Positions 23,110-36,299 are shown, counted from the first letter of the whole stretch. The stretch: DNA of 63,785 nt, filler included, from Phoronis australis (GCA_002633005.1; 5 parts of 5 records of this genome joined end to end with filler, not necessarily neighbours in it), one strand, 5' to 3'. Notes: generated by a model from the letters alone, not told the origin. Program-made: numbers and translations.

Positions 23110-24375
23110 AACTTCAGAGAAGTAAAGAAAAACAGAAAAAAATTGCCACTAGGGGACACAGCGTAAGCCAGATTAGGTGAAAGTCATCATGATCCGTTGT
23201 CAACTTCATATAAAAACGCTGCAATAAGTTTAGGAGATACAGCAATAAGTGCAAAAAACAGAACTGCCACTACGAAGTGCCACAGCGGTCAAAGTTGACC
23301 GAAAATCATCGTCAACCATCCTCTTCACACAAAGAACATGAAAGCCAAATTTCACATTCATCCTTAGAATGATTTGGTTGATAGAGGACAGACTTGAAAA
23401 GAGCAAAAATGGCTATCATGTGGAGCAAAATTTAATGAAATAAACGAAAAAAACTAAAATTCCCACAAAGGGGAACACCGGTAGTCAGATCCGTCCGAAA
23501 GTCGTCAACGGTCATTGTCATATTCATAAAAACACACTTGCAAAATTTAGTAACGATCATGCATAGTGTTAAGAAGACACAGCCATAGGCACAAAAAAAA
23601 GAAACTGCCACTATGAGGTGTCACAGTAGTTGAAATATCATCGTCACCCATCTTCTTCATAGTAAGAACATTATTACATGCCAATTTTAAAAATCATTCT
23701 TAGAGTAGTTTGCGGAGTGGACGTACAAAAACAAACATGAAAACAGTAAAAATGGCCACTAGATGGCGCAAAATGCATTGAATTAATCTAGTCACCAAGC
23801 TGTCATCAACCCCATAGGAACACACCTCCCTAATTTCATTAAGATCCTGCATAGTGTTAAGGAGATATAGCCATGGGCGCAAAAAAAATGCCACTAAGAG
23901 GCGCCACAGTAGTCGAAATCATCAGAAAATCGTCATTTTCAGTCCACTTCATTATCTTACAGGTCAGTTTTCACAATCATCCTTTGAGTGGTTTGGTTGA
24001 TAGAGGGGCGGACGCCAAAAAGATAGAAAACAGTAAAAATGGCCACTAGGTGGTGCAAAATGCCTTGAATCCATCCGAAAACGGGAGGATAGCATCATGT
24101 CAATGATAGATGCCTATGTGCCAAATTTCATAAAAATTGGTTGAAGACCTTTGAAGATAGAGAGGCAAATGTAAAAAACTTAAAAATTGCCACTAGGGGG
24201 CACAGATGTATTCGGGTCAGTCCGAAACTAGTCGCGCCCTGTCGTCAACCCCATAGGAACACACCTGCCAAATTTCATTAATTTCCTGCAAGGGATTTAG
24301 AAGATACAGCTGTGGATGCCGGACACCCGGATGCCCAGACAGAGATGGGGCGCACAAAAATGCATAACCCTGTTA
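23110..24375 (+). repeat. Satellite-like array of 125-150-bp diverged units, probably HINE-type internal repeats
   Basis: GCCACTA(G/C/T/A) recurs at about 23145, 23266, 23607, 23754, 23890, 24042 and 24189, with shared AATTTCA and GGAGATAYAGC motifs. It ends in a GGACAC/GGATGC microsatellite-like tract. A related piece lies at about 50560-50790. Confidence 0.7.
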
Positions 24376-24741
24376 GGATGTCAACGCCCCAACAAAGAGT
24401 CAGCATCTTGGTTCTGCATTCACTCTCACTGAGTAAAAACGAATGATCAATACAGACTGTGTTCAATAGAGTGTAAGATGACAATACAGACACAATATGC
24501 CGGCTACTTGCCACGCAGTCGACATCATTTTCTGATGTTCCATGGATAGTACATACTCACTAAAGAAACAGCAATAAACACAGAACAATGTCTCTCAAAG
24601 GTAAACCAGAGATGTGGATTCTTATTAAAGGTAACATAAAAAATGGTTGCTTTCACCATTAAACTTCCATACAAAATCTTTTCATTAGAACACCACGAAT
24701 TGCACAGTCTACATCACATATACCACCTCCAGCAAACTTAC

Positions 24742-24858
24742 CGTCAGTATTTTGTTGGTCTCGGGGTACTTGTGTTTGGCCAGGCTGTCTACTAACCGTG
24801 GTAGTACCGTGTGAACCGTATGGTTGCAGTTGTTCAGGGTAATAATAATTCGCTTCTC
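24742..24858 (-). CDS. Candidate internal exon of an unidentified gene (EANYYYPEQLQPYGSHGTTTVSRQPGQTQVPRDQQNTD)
   Basis: TTATGCAG acceptor and consensus G|GTAAGT donor. 117 nt, open frame, symmetric phase 1-1, higher GC than its flanks. Confidence 0.45.
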
Positions 24859-27309
24859 CTGCATAACATAAGCATCTAGTCAAGAGCACTCTAGTTGTAA
24901 TGACCACCGTTGAAACATTGTTTATAGGTATTACTAAATTGACCACTTGTTGCATAAACAGGAGCAAAATGTTACCAAATGTTTAGCAAATCACAAAAAC
25001 ATGGACTTTGATGAAGTGTCAAATAAGATTTTAAATCTTAATAACTATGTGCATATAACATGACATTCAAATCAGAACAAAAGTTGTCTTTGATCTTACC
25101 TATGTCAAGGTGCAAATTACAGAGTGGATTTGTGTGTAAAAATGAATTTCTTGAGTTAAAAAGCATGTACCATTGCTACATTTTACGAAAGCTACGTCAT
25201 ATTTCATGAGTTTGCAGGTATTTGTAACACAAAAGAAAACGCTTCACACCTTTAATGGCTTCTTTCTCGGATTGTTTGAATGAAATTCTGTCAAATGTGC
25301 CAGCTCCAATTTACATGTATAGACGTGACCCTATGTGCTTTCCATTGTTTTTTTAACATTAGTACTTTCTTACTATAATAGTCAAAAATGTACCCTTACA
25401 GTTTCAACGCTTCAAATGAAAGCGTTTTTGCAAGTTTGTTGGCACTCAGAGGTCATGAACCAATTCTGTATCTGGCATTACAGTAAGCACAACAGAAACA
25501 ATGACATCGTATTCGGCTAATATTTATTGTATGTCTTTGGGAAAAAATACCACAACAAACCTTTTCACAAAGAATTCAATTTTAGAAGCCAATTTGATAA
25601 AAAATCACCCGTTTTAGTCCACAATAGCTCGATTTATTTCAGCCAGTGTTTTATTGCCTTGGAGTCATCGCTAATGCGGTAATTGCCATGCTCCACACAA
25701 AAGGAGCGACATCAATGTTTCTGATACCAAGGGGTTCTGTCTACCACGACCTCAGTTGTAAAATCTATTGATGCTCACCGCTGTATGGACCAAGTTTCTC
25801 AGGAAGCACACCATTCGCACGCACATGGGGAAACAGCAAAATACATCACAGAACAAAATATTCCACAGGAGTCCACCTCTCTAAGAATTTCTTGTGATTA
25901 CAGTATTCATTATCCTACATGATAATCAATGATTTCCGTTTAGGCTTTCAAAAAACTGAAAGAAATATCATTGTTCCTGGAATGGTGGTAACAACAGATC
26001 AAACTGTGACATAACGTAAAAAAGAGATGCTAAGCCGAGGAAATAGAAAAATATTTTGGCACTCTGAAAAGAAATTTTACTCAAACTGGGTCTAGGGCGA
26101 TAGTTTAAAGGGGCAATAGTTAGAAAAAAGCCTTTCAGACTACAAAAAACATGCAGTTTCTCTAGCTATCATCTCAAATCTCAATTAAAATTGTTATTTT
26201 ATCAATGTTCGTTAGTCCAAAGCACGTACTAAAAGACAGTTTAGACATTCTACTATTAATAGATGCGAAATCATGTATCCCACGAAGCGCCATTTTTTGT
26301 GTTGTACCTCACTGTCAACAATACGTAAGGTTGTAGGCAGATAAGGGAATTTGGTATATAAATCCTTAGTGCATATTAAACATTATTTGTTTTTGTTCCA
26401 TACAACCCACTTTCAATGAAACCTAGCTCAAGACCATCAGTAAATTCCAGTGTTCTAAGAATATGGGAACCATTCCACATGAAATTGCAATTTTGAAAAT
26501 ACACATCGTGGAACAAGCCCAAGTTCTTTGAAAATGAATGCTTTCAACAAGAGATAAAAATGATAACAAGATGGATATCCTCACGTTTAGATTTAGTCGC
26601 AAGTAAAAGATTACATTCTGAATTTAGTTATTTGGGGCAAACTACAGAACGATAGTTATATCGCAAACAACACTGTGCTTGTCAATAGTTCAGCAATAAT
26701 CAACTTGTGAAGTTGGCGCAGGTCTAAACAACAATTTTTAAAATCACAACCTCCTTGTTTCCAAAAAGTAGGCCTACTCTGCACCCATAGCTGTCTAGAC
26801 ATTTCTCACAATAAAATTGTTAAGGTTGAACCTAAAAACCCTAATAAAATTATTTTTTGAAACAGCACTCGCAGTCCACTATGGGCTGCCTGGTGAAAGC
26901 ATTGAACCCTAAATGAGATGATTTAAAATTTTTGAGGATCAGGATGTATTAGCACTTTGCTAAGCATGTATTAAGTAAATGCAAATTACTCTGTGTCCAT
27001 ATGAAATAAATTCAATAATAATAAACAAGAACAATAACAATAATAATAGTCGTAACAGTAATAGTAATAATACTGATAATGGTTAGCCAAATTCATGTCT
27101 AATCATCCCAGAGGGTACTCCTATGGAAGAGGTATGCGAAAAATGCTGCCAAAAAGGCTATTTTTCACAGCAAAAAATACTTTCCAAACTAGTGCCATTT
27201 TTGACAAAATACTATCTAAATTGGTGCCTTTTGGAATTTCTGGAACTAACTGCAAAATGTGAATTTTTAAACAAAATTACTTTCCAAATGGGTCACTTTT
27301 TTGTCCGAG

Positions 27310-27409
27310 NNNNNNNNNNNNNNNNNNNNNNNNNNNNNNNNNNNNNNNNNNNNTTAATTAATTAANNNNNNNNNNNNNNNNNNNNNNNNNNNNNNNNNNN
27401 NNNNNNNNN
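27310..27409. other. Artificial contig linker
   Basis: 44 N + TTAATTAATTAA + 44 N. Confidence 0.97.
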
Positions 27410-27488
27410 CAGTTGTATGTTGACGTAGGGTTTACTGTAGAATCACAAGAAACCACTACAAAATTCTCACAACTTTCATCCAAATCAN

Positions 27489-27693
27489 TCAAGTAGTTTG
27501 ACGTTGTCCGAATAAGAATATATGCAATGTTTAATATTAGCATTGTAACTTAGTAAACGACCAATTGTGTCATAGAACGTTTTTTGTATGTTACAGTTGA
27601 ACCGAGTAATTATAAGAAAGAAACGAATAAAGTTTGTCAACGCAACTTATGCTCGAGTTCTCCATGTGGCTTTAACGATTTTCGCGACCACAA
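27489..27693 (+). repeat. About 205-bp copy of sequence upstream of the LRAT/PLAAT CDS (39410-39628)
   Basis: TCAAGTAGTTTGACGTTGTCCGAATAAGAAT...GATTTTCGCGACCACAA aligns with few substitutions and one indel. Confidence 0.9.
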
Positions 27694-28179
27694 TCATGAT
27701 ATTGAATGTCACTGGCCACATGCAAAGAAATGAGTAACAGTCTGTCCTAAAATAAGACACAGATTGATACTGCGAGTCCTCGTGGATTTATGCAATGTGC
27801 CAATTAGTGCCTGCAACAGCAGTTTTACAAAATCAACTGATATGTAATTGATATGTTACATATCAATTAGTATGTTTCTTAAAATAGTTATTACCGAAAA
27901 TATAATGTGTCGTAAGCTCAAAAAGCACCGAAAAGTATTAGATCAGGGAGTGACCCTATTTGAAAGGCATACTGCTGTCTGAATAATATCAATCATGGTA
28001 TAATTATACGCCACACTGCTTCTCTCATCCAACACTGCTACCACTGTTACCATACTACATAACTGAGCCCAGATATCACACAAGTCCAAAGCCCAAACCA
28101 GTTAAGAAACGTGTTAGCTTTGTCTTTTTACTAAAACACCAAGTCAACTATCTGCAGTACATTATCATGAGTTTCTCAC

Positions 28180-28267
28180 CAGAGTCCGCCAGCAGTACTT
28201 TGACATCAGTGACATCAATCACAAACTTATCATACAGCCGTGCTTCAATCTCAGACCGAGTCAGATC
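28180..28267 (-). CDS. VPS13: VPS13A/C-like lipid transfer protein, internal exon (DLTRSEIEARLYDKFVIDVTDVKVLLADS)
   Basis: CTACAG acceptor and G|GTGAGA donor, 88 nt. In phase with exon 29095-29241 and matches the VPS13 motif ..AYDxFxI...VQLL. Confidence 0.8.
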
Positions 28268-28626
28268 CTGTAGTGACACAACATGTAAGTTTAACACATT
28301 TAATGTGGCTAGAACTGGCCTTTTACCACAAAAATTATCTTTCGTGATTAAGACCACTCACCATTAAATATAATTATAAAATTGGTCTCACACAGAAGCT
28401 TAGTCAAATAGAAGGTGACAGTTCACAATTATTATAACAAACTGTTTCCTCCATGCAATAGCCCAAGACCAGGCTCTTAAAGTTAGGCTGTCATGGGCAT
28501 ATTCCATGTGTACAGTATGGCCTTAAGGAATGACAAACTACCAGTTCTTTGAAAACTTAGAAAACACTTCTTATGTGTAATTATATAGATGCTGATGTTG
28601 GCCAATCAATAAACACAGAAAAATCA

Positions 28627-28703
28627 GGAACCCAATTGGGAATCGAACCACAGGTCTCTGGATTGTCAGTCTAGTGCTCTAACCACTGAGCTACTGAGGA
28701 CCC
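28627..28703 (-). mobile_element. tRNA-derived SINE head or tRNA pseudogene
   Basis: Box A TAGCTCAGTGG and box B GGTTCGATTCC at tRNA spacing, with anticodon-like loop CT-GAC-AA. The acceptor stem does not pair well. Confidence 0.65.
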
Positions 28704-29094
28704 GACATCTGTGCAATTACTGTTTGCAACCAACTACTATGTCATCCATCCCATGAGAGGCATTCCGCACTTCTTATGCGAGTAAGGAACAACTTGAGAT
28801 GTTCGTTTTTTGCACGAAACGTGTTTATAGCCACTTTCATTATGATGGACTATATTGTGTTTGTATTAACAACATCTTCTGCCATTAGCTCTCACTAATT
28901 CTAGCGCAAAGACCAAATAGCAGTGACAACATTGTCAATGCTGGGAAAGAAAAGGCAAACTAGCCATGCATCACGAATACTTGTCCAATGTTCCTAAAGT
29001 ATCGTGCCTACATTGTGACCAAATATATGCAGTGCAACAAAAATTTGCAGGCTTTGAAATAACTGGCAATGAAAGATTAAACTTCACTACAAAC

Positions 29095-29241
29095 CTCGAG
29101 TGAATCAATCTTTGGTTGCAGCTCACTCCTGACTTTGAGGTGACCAAAATCAACAACTACAACGTTCCCTCCCCTTTGCAATGTCCCATGCTCTGGCACC
29201 ACCACATATGGAGACATGAGGTCGACTGACAGATCTATTGT
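29095..29241 (-). CDS. VPS13: VPS13A/C-like internal exon (TIDLSVDLMSPYVVVPEHGTLQRGGNVVVVDFGHLKVRSELQPKIDSLE)
   Basis: TTCCAG acceptor and GAG|GTTTGT donor, 147 nt, phase 0-0. Shows the DLx.DL..PY..VP..G......D(F/L)GHLKV pattern of the VPS13 N-terminal channel region. Confidence 0.82.
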
Positions 29242-29479
29242 CTGGAATATGCATAGCAGAGTCACAGTTTAACAACTTTAGAAGAAATTTCTTACCAAGA
29301 GTATACAAAGCTTCATTACCTGGAAATTTGCGTCTTCTCAGACTTAACAAAATAAATGGTCTCACAACTTGGCAGTTAAGATTAAAAACAAAAGCTCCAG
29401 GCATAGCAAACAACTAAGAAACTTAAGATAAGCATACACCTTAATACAATGCATTATAGTATCCAATCAGCCTCTTGCA

Positions 29480-30065
29480 GCTATTTTGAAAAACTCTTGA
29501 ACACTGAGCCTGTACGGGAAAAAATAGAATTCCTTAATAATTTGCTAGACGAAATGCGAGAGCACGACGAAAGCTGCAATGACTGTGCCAACACACCTGG
29601 TGATGAAATCCTGGTACAACTTAATAAAGAAATTGACATGTCCGAAATCAATCAAGAAATAAATAAACTTAAAAGCAACAAAACCCCTGGAGAAGACGGT
29701 ATTCCAAATGAACTCTTCAAAGCACTGACTGGTGACATCCTTGAAGTGTTATGCAAACTATTCAACAAGGTACTGGCGACAGGAAAATTCCCGTAGAACT
29801 GGAGAAAGAGTATAATCGTTCCAATTTACAAGAAAGGAGACAAAAATAACCCAAATAATTACAGGGGAATTTCTCTAATTGATAGCATAAGCAAGCTGTT
29901 TACATCAATATTAAACAGAAGGCTGATTGAGTGGTCGGATGCAATGCAATGTATCCCTGAGGAACAAGCCGGATTTAAGGCGGGTTACTCGACCGTGGAT
30001 AACATTTTTGTTCTACAAGCTTTGGCCCACATAAATTTATCAAAAAGAGGTGGAAAAATGTACTG
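29480..30065 (+). mobile_element. LINE reverse transcriptase fragment (RTE/RTE-X-like), 5'-truncated, running into a gap
   Basis: KTPGEDGIPNE, GKFP*NWRKSIIVPIYKKGDKNNPNNYRGISL and EEQAGFKAGYSTVDNIFVL. Premature TAG at 29794; ends at the n at 30066. Confidence 0.92.
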
Positions 30066-31009
30066 NAGGTTGGTCTTAATTTAGGAAACTTTCCATTTTA
30101 GTGAGGTTTTCCGGTTGATAATATTGTTCTAAACTGCTGAAAATAAAGGAAATGACATCGTTAATTACGTTGATGTCAGTGACTTCAAAGGCGCCAGCCA
30201 CTGAAAAGACGGTGACAGTATGGTTCATATGCAAATCAACGTTATGTTTAAGATGACGCACTGCATAATGTCCGGTCAGCTGAGCATATTCGACATCAAC
30301 TAAGCACAACTTGAACTAATATATTTAATTTACCAAACTAGCAAAATACGAAAACTCTGATTAGCCTATATGCCAATATTATAAGGCAATGAATAAATTT
30401 CCGGAGTCGAGCTGAAAGCGACAGGCTGTATGTGCCCCTTACTACGGTACATATACACGAACTTGATAATTTTCGAAGTGCCAAGAAAGGGCTACAACTA
30501 AATCTTTTTCGTTACGAAACCACGAAAAGTATTGTTCATATTGCAGGCAGTGTTTCAGTAAATCCTCTTTTGAGTTTCCTACCTCAAATTGTAATTGATA
30601 AATAACACGTTTCCAAAAAGCAGTGGACTCGCCTCTTGCAAATGTTGAGGGTATTTGTAAGCAGCTCCAATTACACAGTTAAAATAACGTACATATATGT
30701 CGAGACCGGATAAAACTAGACAATGTAGAAACGGGTAAAAAAATTAGTTCAAAATCCGGTCAAAACATTTGCTAAAAACATCAGCTTTCGAGCCTTACGA
30801 GTACGGCTGTTCGTGAGGTACATGTATGAACGCAAGTAACGCAAAGGACTTTTGCACACCAACCTGTGGAGATTAACTACACAGGGGTGGGACGAGAGAA
30901 ACTGAAAGACAGGAAATGGGAATGGTTAAATGTACAGTAGTTGCTCGTGCGGTCCATGTTTATATTAAGACCGACGTTCCCGTTGATTTTAAAAAATTAA
31001 AGCGCTCCG

Positions 31010-31331
31010 AGGAGCGAACCTTGGCGAAATTAACCAAAAAGATGACGATAAAAATGATGACGAAGATGACGAATATGACGACGATGGTGGCGAGGATGAA
31101 CAAAAGAAGTAATAATCACATACACATGACGAAGGTAGAAGTCCGAAATCAGTAAGAAAAAGGCTACAGTCTTGAGCAACACTTGGCGAAATTAACGGAA
31201 AAGAGAACGACGGAGATGATGACGAAGATGATGACGAATATGATGATGGTGGTTGCGATGATGAACAACATCTCAACATTCATATGATGAACTTAGATGT
31301 CATAAATCAATAAGAAATGGGCTACAGTCTA
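31010..31331 (+). repeat. About 162-bp tandem duplication with GAT/GAC-rich tracts
   Basis: CTTGGCGAAATTAAC...(GAY)n...TAAGAAA..GGCTACAGTCT occurs twice. Confidence 0.85.
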
Positions 31332-31361
31332 GTTCATAGAAGGTAAACCAACCTGAATGCA

Positions 31362-32212
31362 GCAAGAGCGCTCAACAAAGGAGCAGCGTTATCACAAAAT
31401 CTCAAATAACTCGAAAAGTAGACGCCGTAGAGAAAAATGGAAAGCATCTTCTGAAAGCCCGTTCAAAATTCTATCTTAACTGATGGTATCGCTTAATTCC
31501 GTAAAGTTTTCGAAAAAAATGAAATTTTGCGTTTTTTTAAGAAATTCAAAGTCAAATAACTCGAAAACGGTAAGTCTGAGAAAAAAATTGTTTCAGGCCA
31601 TTTGAAAGATAATACTTCAAAGAATCTACATGCAAAAAATCACGTCTTTTTCTCTTAACGTTTTAAATCGCACTCCAGAAGACTGAAAATGGGTCAATAT
31701 GCGCCATATCCGCCATCTTGAACGCAACTTCCGGTTTTTTGGCAATGTATAATAGCACGTTACAAGAAACTAATACCTGTAAAAATTCGAAGGAATTGGT
31801 CTCATAATGCGCCCTCTAGAGGAGAAAACGTTTTTAAGCCAAAATCGAGGTGCGCATGCGCGATCGCCGATATTTCCGCCATCTTTAACCGGAAGTGAAC
31901 AATTTCCGGTAAACTTGTAGCAAACTTCCGGTCCATTTACTGTGCCGATTCTTAGCCTTTTACGTAAAAAAATTGTAGCCTCCAGAAGCATTTGAACCTT
32001 TAAATAGAAACAAAATGGCCGCCACAGCCGCCATCTTGGATCCGATTTTGACGAAAAACAATAGGCTTCCACTACTTCCGGAAGTACGTGTTGTGTGTAA
32101 ATTTCGTGATGATCGGACGAAAATTGCGACCTCTATCGTGCGAACAAACAAAAAAAAAAAAAAACTTAGTGGAAGAGCAACATACTTGGCGAAATTTATT
32201 TCGCCAAGTAAC
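31362..32212 (+). mobile_element. HINE-like non-autonomous element
   Basis: Internal repeats (CAAATAACTCGAAAA x2, CGCCATCTT x3), an AAAC/A tract and a terminal hairpin TACTTGGCGAAA..TTTCGCCAAGTA at 32183-32210. The left boundary is approximate. Confidence 0.55.
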
Positions 32213-35200
32213 AAAAACATTGAGATTTCTTTAGATCTGTTGGCGTTGGTGTTGTCAAGATTCCGCATAACTATACATACTGTGAGGTTATCGCTGCTAT
32301 GGACGTACGTGTAAACGTGAAATTCCGCCACAGGAAAGGAGGAACCGTGGAGGATAAATTTATGGTGTCCAGTGAGACGTGTGTTGAGAGGATAACCGGT
32401 CTTACTTATGTGCCAGGCACGGAGACAGAGAGTGCAACGAATAACGCATATAATGCCAGAACACTTGCACCTAAATTTACGCCTGACCATGTTTTTGCCA
32501 CTAGGGTGTTGAATTTCAACCTCATTTAGAATGTGCTGGCAAGTGAGGCAGTCGGGTTTACTGCATGGGCATGTGCCACCGGTGGGTGTGTCATACTTAC
32601 AGAACTTGTGGACATTTTTTAAGAAATGTTACCACTAGAGGTTAATACACTTCACGTTATATGAATGTTTCGTTGCGGAACACAGTTAATCAGCCAATCA
32701 AATCCTGCTGCTAGATGCCAGTTAATCAAGCCTAGTGTGAATTTTGAAATACAGAAATATCACAAAAATGTTCTGTACATGTTTTTTGTTTAATAATTTC
32801 ATAATTGTTGCATTTTGCTTTTACAATATAACATCAGAAAGCAAAAATCACAATTTTGCCAACATTGCATTCTAAGCACTAACCTTAACATGAAAAGTGG
32901 TTCTCTTAGATATAAATGTATTCTATTTCTACCTGTATTGTACGAAAATAGGCCCAGTACAAGTATGTTGGCCTGTTTTGAAAATCTGACGGATTGCTCT
33001 GAAATACGTATGTAAAGTGTTTTAAATAATGAAAAAATTTATTTATTTTGACAAGACATTATATTTTGAGATAGCTATTTCATTCAAACGACTATCATTC
33101 AACGAGTTATTGTGCGACTTTGTCAGTAATTAACCGCCGGGGCGTATCATTCGGTTTCGTTTCACGTTTCTGACATGTCGTTTTTCTAATATCCGCCCAG
33201 GATAGGCCTATTTTTGGAACTTCTCTGACGTAATAGTTGTTGCAAGGATGAGCTCATTGGGTTTAATTGAACTCATGATCATAGTATCTGCTGAGTTTCT
33301 CAGACAGTAAGTTAAAATGTAGGTACGTACGTGTAAATGAATTCTCAATAGATTAAAAGTTTATTTACGTTGTTACTTAAAGCACGAATATTACTTTCTT
33401 ACGTGCTTACACAGTTAATACTTAAATGACGTTAAGAAATAGTTTGCGCCTTTAACAACGATCGCGTAATATATACTTGTGTAACATTCAACTATAGCGG
33501 AAAGAGTGATTTTGTCCGTGAGGAAATTAAAAACAATAGCTCGGTCTAGGATTGTAATATCGTTTGTTCTGGGTGTAGGAAAACGCATTACTACATTGGC
33601 CTGGTTTCAGTTAGAAATGTCGAGCTGATTCTAGGAATTATCTTGGAAAATACTACTGAAGTTTATCCAACTTTTTGCCATTGGGTTCGCAGCTCACAGC
33701 AAAGCAGTAATACTTCGTTAGTTTTGGAAGGTGAACAGTGAAAAATGGAAAGCATCGAGAAATAACATTAGAAATCTGAATGGCTGAAAAAGCCATATTA
33801 AATCCTTCGCTGACTCTCGAAAACTTTCGAATGATCTCGGCCACTTGGCAAATTCGCTTTGAACACCCGATAACCTGATAATTATAGCGGCTAACTTAAA
33901 AATATGCAATTTTGGGGGTTAACTATAGCATGGTTCTGCGTTGCTGGACATAAGGCAAGCACACTAAAATTTTCCAGGTAAAGTGAGTGTGCGAGTAACA
34001 TGACACCCAAAGGTCACGTGTTTCAATACATGGAAAGTCGAGGGTTATTGAACTTTCAATTTTTTGCGAAAACACATTCTCGTCAAAAATCAAATTATAT
34101 TTTATAAGAGCGAACCTATCAACTGCTGGAGTGTTGGCTGAGGTATTTCTGTTCACCATTATGGGTCTTGTTTGTATTTCATTATAGCCGACTATGTCAC
34201 TTTAAATACTGTAAAGCTTTAGACGCTACGCGATTGAGTAGGTTTGATCTCTGCTAGCAATGAAGCACCACACTACGACTGCTGCGGTAGTGAGTTTGAA
34301 TTTGCCTTGAGGCTGATCTCAAAAGACCACATTTCTCGCTGACAGTGTTACTTAAACCTCTCACGGTTGCTGTACCGACGATTTTCACCAAACTATTTGA
34401 AAAACATAAAATCTGCACACTGAAATATCCAGTTCATGACATGTCAATGCAAGGTGTAATGTCCACCAGTTCATTGCAAAAAACCTCTAAGTGGTCTAAG
34501 ATCACTTCAATTTTGACTTTGTTTCCCCCCGCGCCGTTCATTCCAATGTGCCCTAGGGTTGCTACTTATTTCAAAACTTCCCGGTTGCCCACAATTTCAT
34601 GTTTGCACAACGATAAAAACTTGCTACGGCCGTGTCGATCAATATTCGTGTTCACGGGATCACGCATACCTGGTCATATATTGTAAAGGTGGGTTGACTA
34701 GTCGAAATATAATCGAATCACGATGCGGGAGTGACCGATTTCGATATCGATTCGGCGATGCTCATTAATGTTCTTTTCATTCATACTTCCAATATTCGGC
34801 GGCAATTGTCTCATAAAATTACAACTTATTTTTATTTTTGAGGAGTATTATACATTTACTGAACATATAAAATCTTAGAGATCTTTCGTTAGCCGGAATC
34901 TCATCATACCTAGCAATTGTGTTGCTAATATTTTTGCAAATGGTAAATTTGTCAAATCAATTCACTTTTCTCAAATACTAGAAGTCAAAATTACTTTTAT
35001 TTAAGAAAAATGAAGTGATTTGACAAGCAAGAATCAAATCGACAATCCTCTTAAAATGGAACGAACCGAATCACATTCTTAGACATGTGTATAGTCTAAT
35101 GTTTATTGAAGACACCGTGAAATGCTATAAATGAACTCTCGGCATTCATTATTCAATATAACAACTTTCATTGTCCGATACTTCATCAATATTGGTATTC

Positions 35201-36299
35201 ACAGGATCACGACGGCATTCAAGGACACAACAGACACTTGTTGTTGAGCGCAAAATGAGTTCAATTGTATTTTCACGGTATCCCCAACAAACATTGGCAA
35301 TATATGAACACTTGCTTTGTTTTTGTTTTTGTTTTTGTTTTAATTTTATCAGTTATAAGCTGCAGTTGTGAATTGATTCTGGTTCAAAAGGATAATTGAT
35401 AATTGGCGTAATATGTTAACAAAGTAGAGTTTGAACAAAATTGGTTATGTCATTTCATACCTCAGGGGTCTATTTTATGAAAAATCACTTAAGTCTTCAA
35501 TCAGCAATTTAATCTTACATTTCACGTAACTATTTCGGAAAATAATTTTAAATCTCACTTTAACAAAAGTACACTTTTTTATGATGGGTTTACGTGAGTG
35601 AAGCAGTTTCGCTGAACCAAGTGCTGTTGTGTTCGGTAGTACTTTTGCTACCAGTATACCGTCACTCAGACGAACGGGCCCAAAGGTCACTTTTGCTAGC
35701 GCTTTGTTGGATGTTTGAGATACCAAAACTAAAGAAACTGGTGTAACTATAATATTTTTGACAAAACTACATGCGTTTTCTCTAGCAATGTGGACAGACC
35801 TCTGACTTCAAGGTACACATGCGCGGAGATTAAATGTGTTTTGACATCAATTTTAAATCAAGAAGCGACTCTGGTGGTAAGGAAACAAACTAACTCTTGT
35901 CGAAATCACCCCGTCATTTCTACGCGGAAACCTCGTTCATCTGGCTAAAGGGCTTACGTTTTAGCAAGTGTTTTAGCCATTGAAACTGTTAGCCTTTTTG
36001 CCATTCATGTGTACCTATAATGACGTAACTTTTACAAATTACTTCTAGACAGTGATGAGCTCATAACTACTTGACTAAATCTTTTTCAACAATTAGAGTC
36101 ACGTTCATGGAACATACTCCTGATCAAGGCAAATAATAACTTTAGCAGGTATTAGACGGGGATCCCTCAGCTTTTATGGGCATGAAAAGGTAACGAATTT
36201 TCTTTGGTGTCACAGTGCTTTATGGGTATCCTCATGCTAGGGAATGGCCGTCTGGCACTCTGGTTGGGTGTGGTCAGGGAGCCAAGAGAATGACACTCA

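Noticed and set aside
30916-31279. Met/Thr/Lys-rich and Ser-rich ORFs
   Set aside because: Alternative frames of a GAT/GAC low-complexity repeat.
33550-35730. Several short minus-strand ORFs that look like decayed coding sequence
   Set aside because: No motif I can assign and no consistent splice pattern; a translated database search is needed.
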